Assembly: GCF_020745735.1 (NCBI RefSeq)
Contig: NC_083402.1
Span: forward strand, 7,502,001 to 7,566,000
DNA length: 64,000 bases
Reading direction: 5' to 3'
Source: Hemiscyllium ocellatum
Lineage: Eukaryota
Below are positions 50,491-63,930 of this stretch, piece by piece (position 1 is the stretch's first letter; every line of letters starts with the position of its first letter). Below the pieces are notes generated by a model that worked only from the letters and a program-made list of their open reading frames with translations, was not told the origin of the DNA and made no database searches. The translations under genes and the position numbers were made by a program.

Positions 50491-50749
50491 TGTCCAAAAC
50501 CCAGTGAGAGTCAGCTCACTCTGGTTCTAACCTTTACTTTCAACATTCTCTGTGTGTGGCAGGCCAGCAAACAGTCCTTCAATGATGAACCAATTCAACA
50601 CACAGCCAACTGCCAGTTCCGAGGCAGAGCAACATTTCAGTTCATCCACAGTGTCTTTCCAGCTGGAATTCACCTGCTGTTCACTCCTTCAAGGATGCTG
50701 ACACCTGTCCCTCCAGCTGATGTGGAAAGGCTGCCTCAGTGTTGATGGG

Positions 50750-51200
50750 ACTTATCAAGGATCACATGGTCAAGGAATCATTTCAAAAATGACCAAAAGG
50801 CTTACCTCAATAATCCAACATTGATGTAAATGCGTGGGAGAACCTCATTCAAATGAAAGTGAGTTGAAGGAAACTCCTGTGTGAAGGGACACAATTGTTT
50901 GTGAACACCCATCAGCAGACGAAGCATGGAAAAGGAACCACAGAATGGTCTTTTAATGACCTCCAGACCAAGGACCAATCTCACCTGTGGGGAAACACCC
51001 ATCAAATATGTGGTTGGAGATGTGGCTCCAGGATCAGGCTCATCAGCCACACATGGACCCACAGACCCCATGGCCAGTGGCACGGAATTTCCTCAGTGGA
51101 TGATCCCACTCATCAGTGAGTAATGACGATGACAATGAATTAACCTGCTTTGTCTTTCCAAGCCAGATTCCAACAACATTTGTTCCGTTTTTATCTTCTC
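50750..51200 (+). mobile_element. RTE LINE 3' end
   Basis: WENL..WRKLLCEG and ICGWRCGSRIRLISHTWTH C2H2-like tail. Confidence 0.75.
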
Positions 51201-51229
51201 ATCTTTTGTAAATGATGAACTGAGAGCAC

Positions 51230-53455
51230 GGATCAGTCCTTGGAGCTACAATGTTGTGTCCATTATGGAGACTTGGATACCACAGGGGCAGGAATGGTTG
51301 TTGGACGTTCTGGGGTTTGAGCAGATTGGGAGGCAGATTTTGTAAAGGTGCAGAAGTAACAGGGTTGTTGTCATGGGTGACTTTAACTTCCCTACTATTA
51401 ACTGGAATCTCCTTACTCCAAATAGTTTGAAAGGAGCAGGATTTGTCAGGTGTGTCCAGGAAGGATTCAGACTCAATATGTAGATAGGCCGACTAGAAGG
51501 GAGGCCATATTCCATTTGGTTCTTGGCAATGAACCAGGTCAGGTGTTAGATCTCGTGGTGGGATTGCATTTCACTGATAGTAATCACAACTGCTTGACCT
51601 TGACTGTAATCAGGTAAAGAAAGTATTTAATTGGGGGAGGGGGAATTACAATGCTATTAGGCAGGAACTGCGGACCACAATTTGGGAACAGATATACTTA
51701 GGGAAATCCACGACAGAAATATGGAGGTTGTTCAGGGAGCACTTGCTGATAGTGCTGGACAGGTTTGCCCCACTGAGGTAAGGAAGGGATGGCAGGGTGA
51801 ATGAACCTTGGATGACAAGGGATGTAGCACATCTAGTCAAGAGGAAGAAGGAAGATTACTTAAGGTAGAGGAAGCAAGGATCAGGCAGGGCTCTGAAGGG
51901 CTACAAGGTAGCCAGGAAGGAACTGAGAAATGGAGTGAGAAGAGATGGAAGGGGACATGATAAAACCTTGGTGGGTAGGATTAAGGAAAACACCAAGGGG
52001 CATTCTACACTGATGTGAGGAACAAGAGGATGGCCCGAGTGAGGATAGGGCTGCTCAGGGATAGTGGAGGGAACTTGTCCTTGGAGTTGGAGGAGGTAAG
52101 AGAGATCATTAATGAATGTTTTGCTTCAGTATTCAATAGAAAGAGGGTCCTTGCCGTTTGTGAGGACAGTGTGAAGCAGGCTGATATACTTGAACAGATT
52201 GATGTTAAGAAGGAGGATGTGCTGGAAATTTTTCAAAATGTGAGGATGGATAAATCCACTCAGCCAGAGAGGATGTACCCAAGGTTACGGCGGGAAGCGA
52301 GGGAACAGATTGCTGTGCCTTTGGCGATAATCTTTGTGTCCTCAGTGTCCACTGGATTTATACCAAATGGATGGAGGGTGTCACGTGTTATTGCCTTGTT
52401 CAAGAAAGAAAATGTGGATAATCCTGGGAATTAGAGACCAGTCAGTATTTTATGGTGAGACAGGATTTATGATTACTTGGAAAATCATAGCTCATAGTAC
52501 AGTGGCTCAGTAGTTAGCACACCTGCCTCACAGTTCGATTCCCGCCTTGGGTAACTGTCTGTGTGGAGTTTGCACAATCTCCCTGTGTCTGCGTGGGTTT
52601 CCTCCGGGTGCTCCGGTTTCCTCCCACAATCCAAAGATGTGCAGGTTAGGTGAATTGGCCATTCTAAATTGCCCATAGTGTTAGGTGCATTAGTCAAGGG
52701 TAAATATAGTGTAAGGGAATGGGACTGGGTGGGTTACTCTTCAGAAGGTTGGTGGAGACTTGTTGGGCCAAAGGTCCTGTTTCCATACTGTAGGAATCTA
52801 ATCTAATCGTGATTTGTGTGGGGCGGGTCACGTTTAATAAGTCTTGTTGAATTCTTTGAGGGTGTAACAAAACACACTGATGAAGGTACAGCGGTGGATG
52901 TGGAGTACATGGATTTTAGCAAGGCGCTTGATGAAGCTCCACATGATAGGATCATTCTGAAAGTAAGGAGGCTTGGGATTCAGGGATATTTGGCTGTGTG
53001 GATATAGAATTGGATGGCCCAAAGAAGACAGAAGGTGCTAGTTGATGGAATGTATTCAGCCTGGAGCTCGGTGACCAATGGTGTCCTGCAGGAATCTGTT
53101 CTGGGACTTTTGCTCTTTGTGATTGTTATAAATGACTTGGAAGAGGAAATGCAAGGGTGGGTTAGTAAGTTTGCTGCTGACATGAAGGTTAGTGGAGTTG
53201 TGGATGGTGTGGACGGCTGTTGTAATTTGCAATGGGACACTGACTGGATGCAGAGCCCAGCTGAGAAGTGGCAGATGGAGTTCAACCTGTAAAAGTGTGA
53301 AGTGATTCATTTTAGATGGTCGAATTTGAACACAGATTACAGGGTGAAAGGCAGGATTCTTGGCAGTGTGGAGGAGCAGGGGCATCTTGGGGTCCACATC
53401 CATCGATGCGTAAAAGTTGGTACCCAAGTTGACAGAATCGTTAAGAAGGCAGATA
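51230..53455 (+). mobile_element. CR1 ORF2 with nested HE1-like SINE (52490-52808)
   Basis: MGDFNF endonuclease, MDFSKALD, VLQESVLGLLLF, KFAAD motifs. Confidence 0.9.
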
Positions 53456-53865
53456 AAGTGAGGACTGGTGTATTGTTATGAAGATATGGATGTACTGTAT
53501 CTTTAAGAGAGTTAAAAGCTAGTAGTCATGGCATTAAGTGTTCACAGTAAGATACAATATAACATGTGATCCAGCTATTGGGGTAGCTAGGGTAGCTGGT
53601 TGCCTGAAGACAAAAAGATTTGAATTAGGCCAAATTATACACCAAATAAAACAAACTGCAATCCAGTTTGAATTTCGTATATGGACATTCTGAAAAGCTA
53701 ATGATACAATCTGATGCTTTGATGGGAAAAGACCATGGAATATTGAACAGTTTAGAGAAGAACTGCCAAGCCAATCACTTCTGCAAACTGCCCAAAGAAT
53801 AGCTTTCTTCAAGGTACCTTTATCGATCTGTAACCTGTGGAGCAGAATCCCACTGTGTTGATGCT

Positions 53866-53992
53866 TCACACTCTCTCTGTTACAGTGTCTGAAATGGATG
53901 GTGATTGGTCAGTTCGAGTATAGGCAGTACCTGGAGCAGACACTTGCTGGGCCTGATTCGTCCTGGGAATACTGGATGGCCCTGGATCATTC
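53866..53992 (-). pseudogene. Terminal cytoplasmic exon paralog (unit 0)
   Basis: 127 nt, NDPGPSSIPRTNQAQQVSAPGTAYTRTDQSPSISDTVTERV*; open, but no upstream TM or V exons found. Confidence 0.6.
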
Positions 53993-55074
53993 CTGAAAAA
54001 CACACAAGGAACAAAAGTATTCAGAGCAAACTAATGACATAATCCCAGTAACAAAAATCCTATCTTTTGGCTTATTCCCTCACAGGTCATGGGTCTGGCT
54101 GGCTGCTCCTAGCTGTCCATGAGAAGGTGGTGGGGAACTGTTGCTGGATCAAAACCCTGGAGTTCCCTCCCTTCTGTGGCTCAAACTATAACACACGGAC
54201 TGCAGTGGTTCATAAAGGCAGCTGACCATCAACTTCTCAAGGGCAACTAAGGATAAATGCTGACCCAACAAGAGATGCTCACATCTAGAAATTAAATTTA
54301 AAAGATTTTCAAATCACCCATGTCAGCCTTGAAAAAGTGGTCACCATAAACAGCCTTGCCTTGCCTACCCAGGTGTAGTCAGCAGCTGTAACACAGGGAG
54401 GGCTGTGCAGATACTGTCAGGAATCACAGTGACAGATCATTCCAGGCAGCTCTGGGTCAGCTTGGAGCAATTAGTCACAGGGCAGGGAGGGAGGGTGTTG
54501 GAGATGAGGGGAAAGTTCCTGCAGGGCCCTCCCATCTGCTGTAACTTTGTAGGAAGTTACAAGGCTTGGAAATCTTGGAAAGTGGAGGATGCTGCACAAA
54601 TCACATCCACACCCAATGGAAATTCGGCTGCTTGGAGAGCAAAAGAGGAAGTAATAGGTTTCACAAAAACTTCCATTTTATACTCAGTACTTACTGCAAA
54701 TTATAATATTTCAATTATTCCCTTCATAAAACATTAATTACAATTCAAAGTATGCATGGTAATAAAAATGAGCAATGGTTTAGTTTTCCACGGAGGTGAA
54801 TTGCAGGTTAATTTGGGGAAGGGAGATCACAGGTGAATCTGGAGCTAGAGATTTGCATACAGCTAGAAATTAACAAATTCTGTTGAGAATTTATTAACCT
54901 GTCATGGTTTATGGAGATCACTTTCCCACTCTGCGTGTTTGAGCAGTTTCCTAAAAGGACAAAACAGATTCGCAGCTCATCAGCAGGAAACTGCATTCAG
55001 TAAGAGATATTCAATTCATCCCTGAACCAGGGCCTCTCTAGCACTCCCCTTGTATCAATCACTAATTACTCGAC

Positions 55075-55115
55075 CTTTTCAAAGGTGGAGTGTGCTCGAT
55101 TTGCCTGTGAACACC
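55075..55115 (-). pseudogene. Cytoplasmic exon 1 paralog (unit 0)
   Basis: tttag|41 nt|gtcgag; 1 nt longer than 3895-3934, weakened donor. Confidence 0.6.
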
Positions 55116-55999
55116 CTAAAGAGACAAAAATGATCAGTAAATATTTTCGTAAGTGATGAACAAATCTGTTACATTCTCTCCACAACTGGAAGTGTCTCAA
55201 ATGAAGCTGTCCCTTATCAACAATATCTACATATCGCACAGTCAGACACAAAGATCTCCAGAATCTAATGTGGTACCTAAACCCTTCACTCAAGAATATC
55301 CTACACAGCTCAGTCGCAGATCAGTAATTGACCAAGTCAGATTGCAGTGTTTTAAAATAATTACTGGGGTGAGGCGTCAAATGTAGGAAGATGTGTTCAG
55401 TAAAAGAGCAGAGACAAATTAAGATAGAAAGGTATTAATATTGTTATAATCCCAGCTGATGTTATTACTGACAAATTAGATCCCAGACGTGGAACCTGGC
55501 TTGCTAGATCATATTTAGATTATTCTTGGTTTCCAATGAAATGTTCTCTCTGTGAAAGATTAGCACATAATGCTGCATGTATTGCTTTAATAATAAAACA
55601 CAAGTTTATTCAGAATCAAAATGACAAAATAAAATAAACAAAACTGTCTACTTCTGACACAAACCCAAAGACTTTTAAAAAGTATGCTACAAGTATAATT
55701 CCATTTATGTCAAAACACTCATTTACAAATTAAATTCAATGAAAAGGTTTTTCATCATACCCAAAGCTTTTCACTGGTACAGTGACGAAACACTTAAAAA
55801 ACAAAATTGCAAACTGGGAATGAATAATATTAAATACTCCGAGTTGGGCGAGAGGGTAAACTATGAAGAGGATACAGATACTTTAGTGCAATTTGGATCA
55901 GTTCAGTGAGTATGCAAATATATTGTAGTTGAAGTATAATGTGGTTAAGTATGAGATCATCCACTGTGGTAGCAAAAACAGGAACAAGACAAAATGCAA

Positions 56000-56270
56000 T
56001 CGCAAAACAAGTCCTCCACAGCCATTCATGCACAAGATATTTTCAACCAACTTGAAGGCAGCTCTTGTATGAAGGGATACAATTCTTTTAAAATACTGAT
56101 AGAAAAGAGGAAGTATGGAAAAAGGAACCAGAAAATGGAATACCAGTGACCCCGTGGCCAAGGATAAATTCCAAAAGTGTGGAAGGATTAGCGGTTGCAG
56201 GATTGTGCTCATCAGCCACACAATGACCCACAAAACCCACAAGCAATGACAAGGAATTTCCAAATGCAGA
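56000..56270 (+). mobile_element. RTE LINE 3' end
   Basis: KCGRISGCRIVLISHTMTHK tail motif. Confidence 0.6.
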
Positions 56271-56289
56271 AACCCAGATAAATGTAGAT

Positions 56290-57800
56290 GGGTAAAGGTA
56301 GTCTAGATGAGGAGTACTTTGAATATGTTTGGTATCATTTTTTACAAACAGCACATTCTGGAGCCAAAAGTATATCAGACCCTTCACGACTTGTTATTCT
56401 GCAATAAGATAAAATCAATTAATAAAATGAAAACAGAGATACCCCGAGGTAGCAATGATACTAATATGACTGAATTTAACAGTTTTAGGGAGGAAACCAT
56501 GGATCCAAGACTGTTACGTTAAACTAAAATAAGGATAATAGTGAGAGTATGAAAGCAGAACGAGTTGAATTGAACTGATAAATGAGGTGAAGGGAATGAT
56601 CAATGGATATAGTGGCAGATATTAAAGGGGGTAAATATTCCAATGAGAAAGAGAAATGGCAAGGGGCAGGACCCAGCATTTGGAGGGAAACGCAAAAAGA
56701 AATGAAGTATTAAAATGAAAGGAAAAGGAAATAATTACACAAAGCAAAGGAACAGGTCTGAAGATTGAACAGAATATAAAAGGCACAGGAATCAATGGCT
56801 CCAAGATGTACAAAGAGGGAAAAATTAATGTACGAGAGAAAATCATGTCAAAATCTGTATTTCTATGAAGACTTTAGAAACAAGTACAACATGAGTCAGT
56901 CTGCAGAATTAATCATGGAAATGGCAGATGAATTCAAATAATTTTTGCATTTGCAAGAAAATTACAATCCCCAGAGAAATGACACTGAGTTAATCATTGA
57001 AGCTGTGGGCTGGCAACTTCCCGGGTCCCTGCTGGAGGGGATCTTGGGTCTTTAAGGTGTCACTGCTGGGAAAGTTGACCAATTGCTTTAAATTCCCAAA
57101 GTTCTCGAGGTTCAGGGGATGTCCCATTCCTTTCAAGAATAGTGAATGTAAGTCATTTATTCAAAAAGGGAAGAAGGCAGAAAGTAGAAAACAACATGTC
57201 AGTTTGTTTATCTATCAGAGTGAAAATGCTAGAAATTAATATTGAAGACGTTATAGCAGGTCACTTTGTGAAAATGAAATGTACTGCAGATAAAGGACAA
57301 CATGTGAATACATTGAGCTTATATTTCCAGAAGGCGTTTGTTAACATAGAAAATAGGAGCTGGAGGAGGCCATTCAGCCCTTAAGCATGTTTCACCTTTC
57401 AATCTGATCGTTACTGATTGTCCAACTCAGGACCTTGTTCTGGTTTTCTTTAACATCTTTAATCTGAAGAACTCGATCTAACTCCTTCTTAAAGTATTCA
57501 ATGTTTTGGCCTCAACTGTTTTCTGTTTAGATTCCTTACAGTCGGGTCACCTGGAGGAAATCCACGCAGACACAGGGAGAATGTGCAAACTCCACACAGA
57601 TAGTGGCCCGAGATGGGAATTGAACCCGGGTCCCTGGCGCTGTGAGGCAGCAGTGCTAACCACTGAGCCACTGTGCCACCTGTAGTAATGTATTCTTTAT
57701 GCTTTTCGTGAGGAAATGAATTTCTCCTTCATCTCTGTCCTAAATGACCTACCCCATATCCTTATCCAGTGACCCCTTGGTTCTTGACTCCTCAGTCGTC
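56290..57800. mobile_element. Degenerate CR1 fragments (+ 56290-57345; - 57345-57800 with a SINE at 57545-57680)
   Basis: CR1 linker/RT remnants and reversed 3' tail. Confidence 0.6.
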
Positions 57801-58239
57801 GGGAACATCTTTCTTGCATTTACCGTGTCTAGTCTTTGCTAAAATTTCATATGTTTTCCTGTGATCCCTCATACTTAATCACAAGTTTCACTTTCCCATA
57901 CTAAGCAAAGGGGCTTTGATCTCATGACACTTCATGTGTTCATCCAAATACTTTATAAAGCCTGTGAGGCTTCCTGCATCTAGTAAAGTCCCAGGCAATG
58001 CATTCCAGAATCCCACCACCCTCTGAGTGAAAGCATTTTGCCTGAAACTCCCTCTGAACCTCCTACCGTTCAGATTAAAGTTATGCCATTTTGTTATTGT
58101 GAAGTTCGTAATTCACTGGGAACCAGGAATTCCACATTAGGGAGGCAGAGGTAAAATTCTGGACAGGAACACTTCATTGATGATGCTCACCCCTCCACAA
58201 CTGTCTCCTTACTGAGCCCCTGGCACCACACCCTGCAAG

Positions 58240-58670
58240 GGAAATACAATGGCTGCAGATGCTGGAAACCAGATTCTGGAGTAGAGTGGTGCTGGAAAAG
58301 CACAGCAGTTCAGGCAGCATCCGATGAGCAGGGAAATCGACATTTCGGGCAAAAGCCCTTCATCAGGAATACAGGCAGAGTGCCTGAAGTTTGGAGAGAT
58401 AAATGAGAGGAGGGTGTGGGTGGGGAGAATGTAGCATAGAGTACAATAGGTGAATGGGGATGGGGATGAGGGTGATAGGTCAGCGAGGAGCGCAGGGTAA
58501 GGTAGCAAAGGGCACAATGGGTGGATGGGGGTGGAATGAAGGTGATAGGTCAGTGAGGAGGGTGGAGTGGATAGGTGGTAAATAAGATAGGTCGGTAGGA
58601 CAGGTCATGGTGACAGTGCTGAGCTGGAAGTTTGGAACTGGGGTGAGGTGGGGGGAAGGGGAAATGACAC
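58240..58670 (-). mobile_element. Penelope-like 3' end with hammerhead at 58335-58370
   Basis: AUUC-CUGAUGA-A-GGGC-UUUU-GCCC-GAAAU-GUC-GAUU. Confidence 0.85.
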
Positions 58671-59100
58671 CCTGCAAGTCACCTAACCAGCTTTCTTAAA
58701 GGGGAAGCATCAACCAAATACCTAACACCCCTCCCCCTTTGTTTTAACAAACCCCACCAAGGCTGGATTCAAACGAGTGTGGCAGGAAGGATCTCTGAAT
58801 AAAAATGGAACCAAGGGGGGTCATGGGTCAAACTCTCCATAGGTTAGAGTTCTAAAGGAAGATGGTCGTGGTTATAGGACATGAGTTATCTCATCTCATT
58901 CTCCCAGGCCCAAACATCCCCAGCTGTTTCATCAATGACCTTCCCTCCATCGTAAGGTCAGAAGTGGGGATCTTACCCGATGATTATGCAATGTTTAGCA
59001 TCATTTACAAATCCTCAATTTACTGAAGCAGTTCATGTTCAAATCCAACAAGATCTGGAGAATATCTGGGCTTGGGATGACAAGTGGCAAATAACATCCC

Positions 59101-59120
59101 AGCAGAATCTGCTGTGAGGG

Positions 59121-59158
<38 letters not shown>

Positions 59159-59225
59159 ATGAACACAGCACAGACACCAAACAGTGAGGTAAAACATTGA
59201 ATCTGTTATATAGTGAGAAAAGATA
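59101..59225 (-). pseudogene. V-A acceptor stub (unit 0): intron end plus 11 nt of exon
   Basis: Closely matches 30386-30490; exon breaks after CAGATTCTGCT into an L2 fragment (58910-59100). Confidence 0.8.
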
Positions 59226-60289
59226 AAACCGGACCTGAAACATTAACTCTGATTTCTCTTCACAGATGCTGCTAATTTCCAACATCCACAATTGTTTCAG
59301 TTTGTATTTAACATCAGAATCGAAAGGTGTGGTGCTGGAAAAGCACAGCCGGTCAGGCAGCATCCGAGCAGCAGGAGAATCGATGTTTTGGGAATTTGGA
59401 GAGGGAGAGGTGGGCTGAGAGATAAATTGGGTCGTGGAGATTCTGTATGAATCACTCAAAATGGGGAGGTGAAATGGTCCCATTCTATTATCACCAGGTT
59501 ATTAATCTGGAGACCCAGGTAAGGTCCTGGGGAATGAAGTTCAAGTCCCACTATGTTGGGTGTTCCTTTTTGTCAGTCTGGATTAACAGACTCGTGATGG
59601 CCATGACCTATCGAGTAGAAAGTCTGTCATTATTCCCTGGTTGGTTCAAATATGATTCCAGACCCACAGCAATGCGAGTGACCTCCCAGTAGCCTCTGGG
59701 CAATTCGGGAGGGATAATGAATGCTGGCCCAGCCAGTGACAACTGGATGCCATGAATGAATCAAAACAAAGAGTCCATGGAAGGTGATGAAACCAAACCC
59801 ATATTGTCCTCAGGATTCAGGAATTTCTGACAATGAGCAATGAGATTGACTGCTCTGAGTGTGAACATGGTCAGGAGGATTATGGAGAGGACAGCCCAGA
59901 TTACAATTACGAGTCACAAAGCCAGGTCATGCAGCAGAGACAAGGAATAAAGTGTCTTGACACAACTATAAAAAAGCAAAATCAAACCACCAAGGGATTC
60001 AGGAAAACACAGGGAGTGATTAGAATGTGGAACCTGCTCATACACCAAGTGGTTGACACAGTGACCATTGTTGTACTGAAGGGGAAGCTTGATTGACACT
60101 TGAGGGAGGAAGCAAGAGAGGGAAGTGCTGTCAAAGTGAGAAAAAGAAGGGTGGGGGAGGTGAACTTGTGCAGAACATGATCACCATCGAAGACCAACAG
60201 AATTCTTTAAATTTCATTTGCATGAGCCTTAATTTACTGTTCCGATTACTTCATATAATTCTCAACATGCTGAACTTATATTCGTGAAT

Positions 60290-63200
60290 GGGGTGTAGGT
60301 GTTGTGAGTGGGTGTTACCTGTCCCACATTATTGTCACAAAGGTACTAGCGAGCTGCTGCAGTTCATGATGTTATAACCCTCACTAATACTTCATTATTT
60401 TTATTTCATCAGTTTTACTTTGGAGCTGGGAATTAAAAAGATGTGAGCTGAAGGTGACAAACAAGTTTTGGTTTCTTTGTGAGGGCAGGCCTGGAAGTTA
60501 TTTGCAGATTGCTTCTTGATCAGAACCATCGGAGTGAGCTGAAACTTTGGCCCTGATTGATATCTCCAGAAAGTCAAACCAAGAAACAATCATCTCTGCC
60601 TGTGGAACTAAAGTATCATGAGAACCGCTTGCATGATCTGGCCAGTTTTGTTATTGTATTTTATTTATCCCTTAACTGTGTTTTTTCATCCGTCAGTATT
60701 TTGTGTGATTGGGGCTGAAATGAATAAAAAATGAAAATAGACATCGTCGACTATATTGCTCTTTAATTTTGTTGAATTTTCACTCGTCTGCAGTCACTGT
60801 ATTGTTCATAAATTGCTAAGTATTTTGTTTAAGTTACAAATCAGTGTCATTTGGGACAATTCTGAAGGTCTTTGAAGGCAAATGGAATTGAGAAAATTGG
60901 AGATGAGAATTCCAAAAGCAGAGAAAGAGATAGAAAGGGAGGAGAAAGAAAAAAGTTTCAAAGAGCATTAAAGCTTAAAAAATTGGAACGAGAGTGGCAA
61001 GAGAAAGAAAAGTAACAGAAATTGAAAGTGATGCCATTTCGGAGCAGTGGGTCAGTGGTTAGTACTGCTGCCTCACAGCATCAGCAACCCAGGTTTGATT
61101 GCACCCTTGGGACCGTCTGTGTGGGTTTGCTCCGGGTCATCTAGTCTCCTCCCACAGTCCAGAGATATGGGGGTTAGGTGGATTGGTCATGTTAAATTAC
61201 CCATAGTGCCCAGGGATTTTAGGTTAGGTGGATTAGCCACAGGAAATGCAGGGTTACAGGGACGGGATGGAATCCTTGTTTTTAAACGTCAACGTGGATT
61301 TGATGGGCTGAATGGCCTGTTTCCATACATTAGGGATTCTATGCTACTCCATGCTAGGTAAGTTAAACCAAATGTTTGGAAGAGACTTAAAGAGGAAGGT
61401 TTGAGCCATAATTCACAGTTCAGTCAGGAGATTTTATAGATTGTGCAGGTGAAATGATTGCACAGAGGCCAGGATCCTGTCACCAAGACACATTTTATTT
61501 TCACGGTCTCTTACCAGCCAGCTCAGAACCAGTTCCGAAAAAGAGGAGACTTTCTGAATCTCCTGTTTATATCTGTCCCCCAGTGCCCCCTGGCCCAGGT
61601 AACAACCCAATCAAGAACCTTCTAAAAGGGGCAGCACGGTGGCTCAGTGGTTAGCACTGCTGCCTCACAGTGCCAGGGAACCAGGTTCAATTCCCATCTG
61701 AGGCAACTGTCTGTGTGGATTTTGCACATTCTCCCCGAGTCTGCTTGGGTTTCCTTCCAGTGCTCCGGTTTCCTCCCACAGTCCAAAGATGTGCAGGTTA
61801 GGTGAATTGGCCAGGCTAAATTGCCTGTCGTGTTCGGTGCATTAGTCAGAGTTAAATATAGGGGAATGTGTCGGGGTGGGTTGCTCTCCGGAGGATCGGT
61901 GTGGACTTGTTGGACCGAAGGGCCTGTTTCCACACTGTAGGGAATCTAATCTAATCAATGAGATCCACCGGGCCCACATTTCAATCACTACAGCAGGTTT
62001 TGTCAAAATTTGAAAAGAAGGAAATGGAAGCAATTTTCATGGTGTTTGAGAAGATAACAGATATAAGGTGGGCAAAAGCAGAACTGACCTTGCCCATGCA
62101 AAATAAATTAACTGGTAAAGTAGAAGAGATTTCTACATCCCTGTCACAGGAACAGTGCAGGGTTTACGATGAGCTGTTCAATGTGGATAGGAGTTGGTCC
62201 TGGGAACATCCAGCTGGAGGTTTTGGAACTTATGGAAACAGCCTGAACAAACAGATACTGAGTTTGGGAAATTTAAAATAATGTTCATTCATGGATAAGA
62301 GCATTTAAGCCTGTCAATACTTACAATGTTACAGAGAGAAATTATTCATACAATCCCAACAGTGTGGAAACAGGCCTTTTGACCCAACATGTCTACACTG
62401 AACCTCCCGAAGAGTATCCCACACAGACCCATTCCCTTACTACTGAACATTTCCCCTGACTAACCCACACATCCCAGAACACTATGGGCAATTTAGTATG
62501 GCCAATTCACTTAACCTGCACATCTTTGGACTGTGGGAGAAAACCAGAGCACCCAAAGGGAACCCACACAGACTCAGGGAGAATCCGCAAAGGGCAGCAC
62601 GGTGGCTCAGTGGTTAGCACTGCTGCCTCACAGCACCAGGGTCCCAGGTTCGATTCCAGCCTTGGTGGACTGTCTGTGTGGAGTTTGCACATTCTCCTTG
62701 TGTCTGCGTGGGTTTCCTCCGGTTTCCTCCCACAGTCCAAAGATGTGTAGGTCAGGTGGATTGGACAGGTTAAATTGCCCACAGTGTTAGATGCATTAGT
62801 CAGAGGGAAATGGGTCTGGGTGATTTACTCTGCAGAGGGTCTCTGTGGACTGGTTAGGCCGAAGGACCTGTTCCACACCGCAGGGAATCTAATCTAAATC
62901 CACACAGACACTTACATGAGGCTGGAATCAAACCTGGGTCCCTGGCTCTGGGACGCAGTAGCACTAACCACTGGGCCACCCTGTTATTTTAAAAGTATTT
63001 AAGTCATCCTAATCTTCTGTAAACAGAACTCATGTCGAAAACTAAAGTGTACTCAGGGCAGGACAAGCCGCTGTAATGGCTGATGGATATGAACTGATCC
63101 TCTCATCTCTTTTTGTGTCAGGCCAGAAATGTGAGAAAAATATAAAGTGGTGAAGGAAAAGGGAGGTAGGTCACCAGGACGGACAGGATGGAATCCCCGA

Positions 63201-63640
63201 AAATTAACAAGGAAATTGCTGAGGGTGGAGGTTCGGTTCAGAAACTTCAATGTTTCTATTCGACTAAGTTGGGTCGTGTGCATTCGGAATGTTGGAAGGT
63301 GTGAGGAAAATCTATGGGACTTCTCGGAGTCAGCAAAGATGACAAGGGAGCACAATAAAGAGAATAACATGGAGCACGCTGTAGCTTTGACTATAACAAA
63401 AAGGCCAGAGGTGAACTCTGTCATGAGGACAGAAATGTGTAGATGAGAGATTCCTTTTGTCGAAAGGGAAAGTGACTCCTTTCCTTCAGGTGAGCTAGCT
63501 AAACCCGGGGAACAAGTGAATTTGCGAAAGCCAAGGTGATGTTGTGGGATGTGTGTGGGACAAGGACAAGTGTCACCCAGAACAGGAAAAACAAAAGCTT
63601 TCATTGGCTTTCACACAAAATGAGAGAAAATGAGATTTTT
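60290..63640 (+). mobile_element. Fragmented Gmr1-like Gypsy (LTR, gag with SCAN-like domain, zinc knuckle, protease start)
   Basis: KFEKKEMEAIFMVFEK..W..KLTGK SCAN-like at 61958-62190; decayed CCHC near 63250; split by SINEs. Confidence 0.6.
61628..61956 (+). mobile_element. Full-length HE1/V-SINE-like tRNA-derived SINE
   Basis: A-box tggctcagtgg, B-box ggttcaattcc, CR1-like tail with aatct repeats; other copies at 61045-61345, 62590-62898, 62340-62585 (-), 36530-36720 (-). Confidence 0.85.
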
Positions 63641-63689
63641 TGGCACGTGTGGATTTTATCAAAATTTTGATTTAAGTTTAGGACAATAG

Positions 63690-63930
63690 ACGCACCCTTG
63701 ATGTATTGATTGGAAGGAGGTCAGCCAGGTGGACATCATAAAATATGAGTTCCCTGATTGGGGCTGTTAATCTGGTCTAATCAAGGAGCCCTGGCTGACA
63801 GACATAAACAGGAGTGTCAAATATCCTGTTCATTCTGAAAGCTGGCTCTGAGGGAGGATCAATGTGAAGGACTTTCCACAAAGGGTGACTTGGTGAGGGG
63901 TGCCAGTCTCTGTGGAGTTATTTCAGTGGT
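63690..63930 (+). mobile_element. Gypsy-type LTR
   Basis: Similar to 37680-37840 and 35640-35830; ends ttatttca. Confidence 0.65.

Noticed and set aside
49873-50745. Pro/His-rich and Gly/Trp-rich ORFs
   Set aside because: Artefacts of the low-complexity C-rich tract
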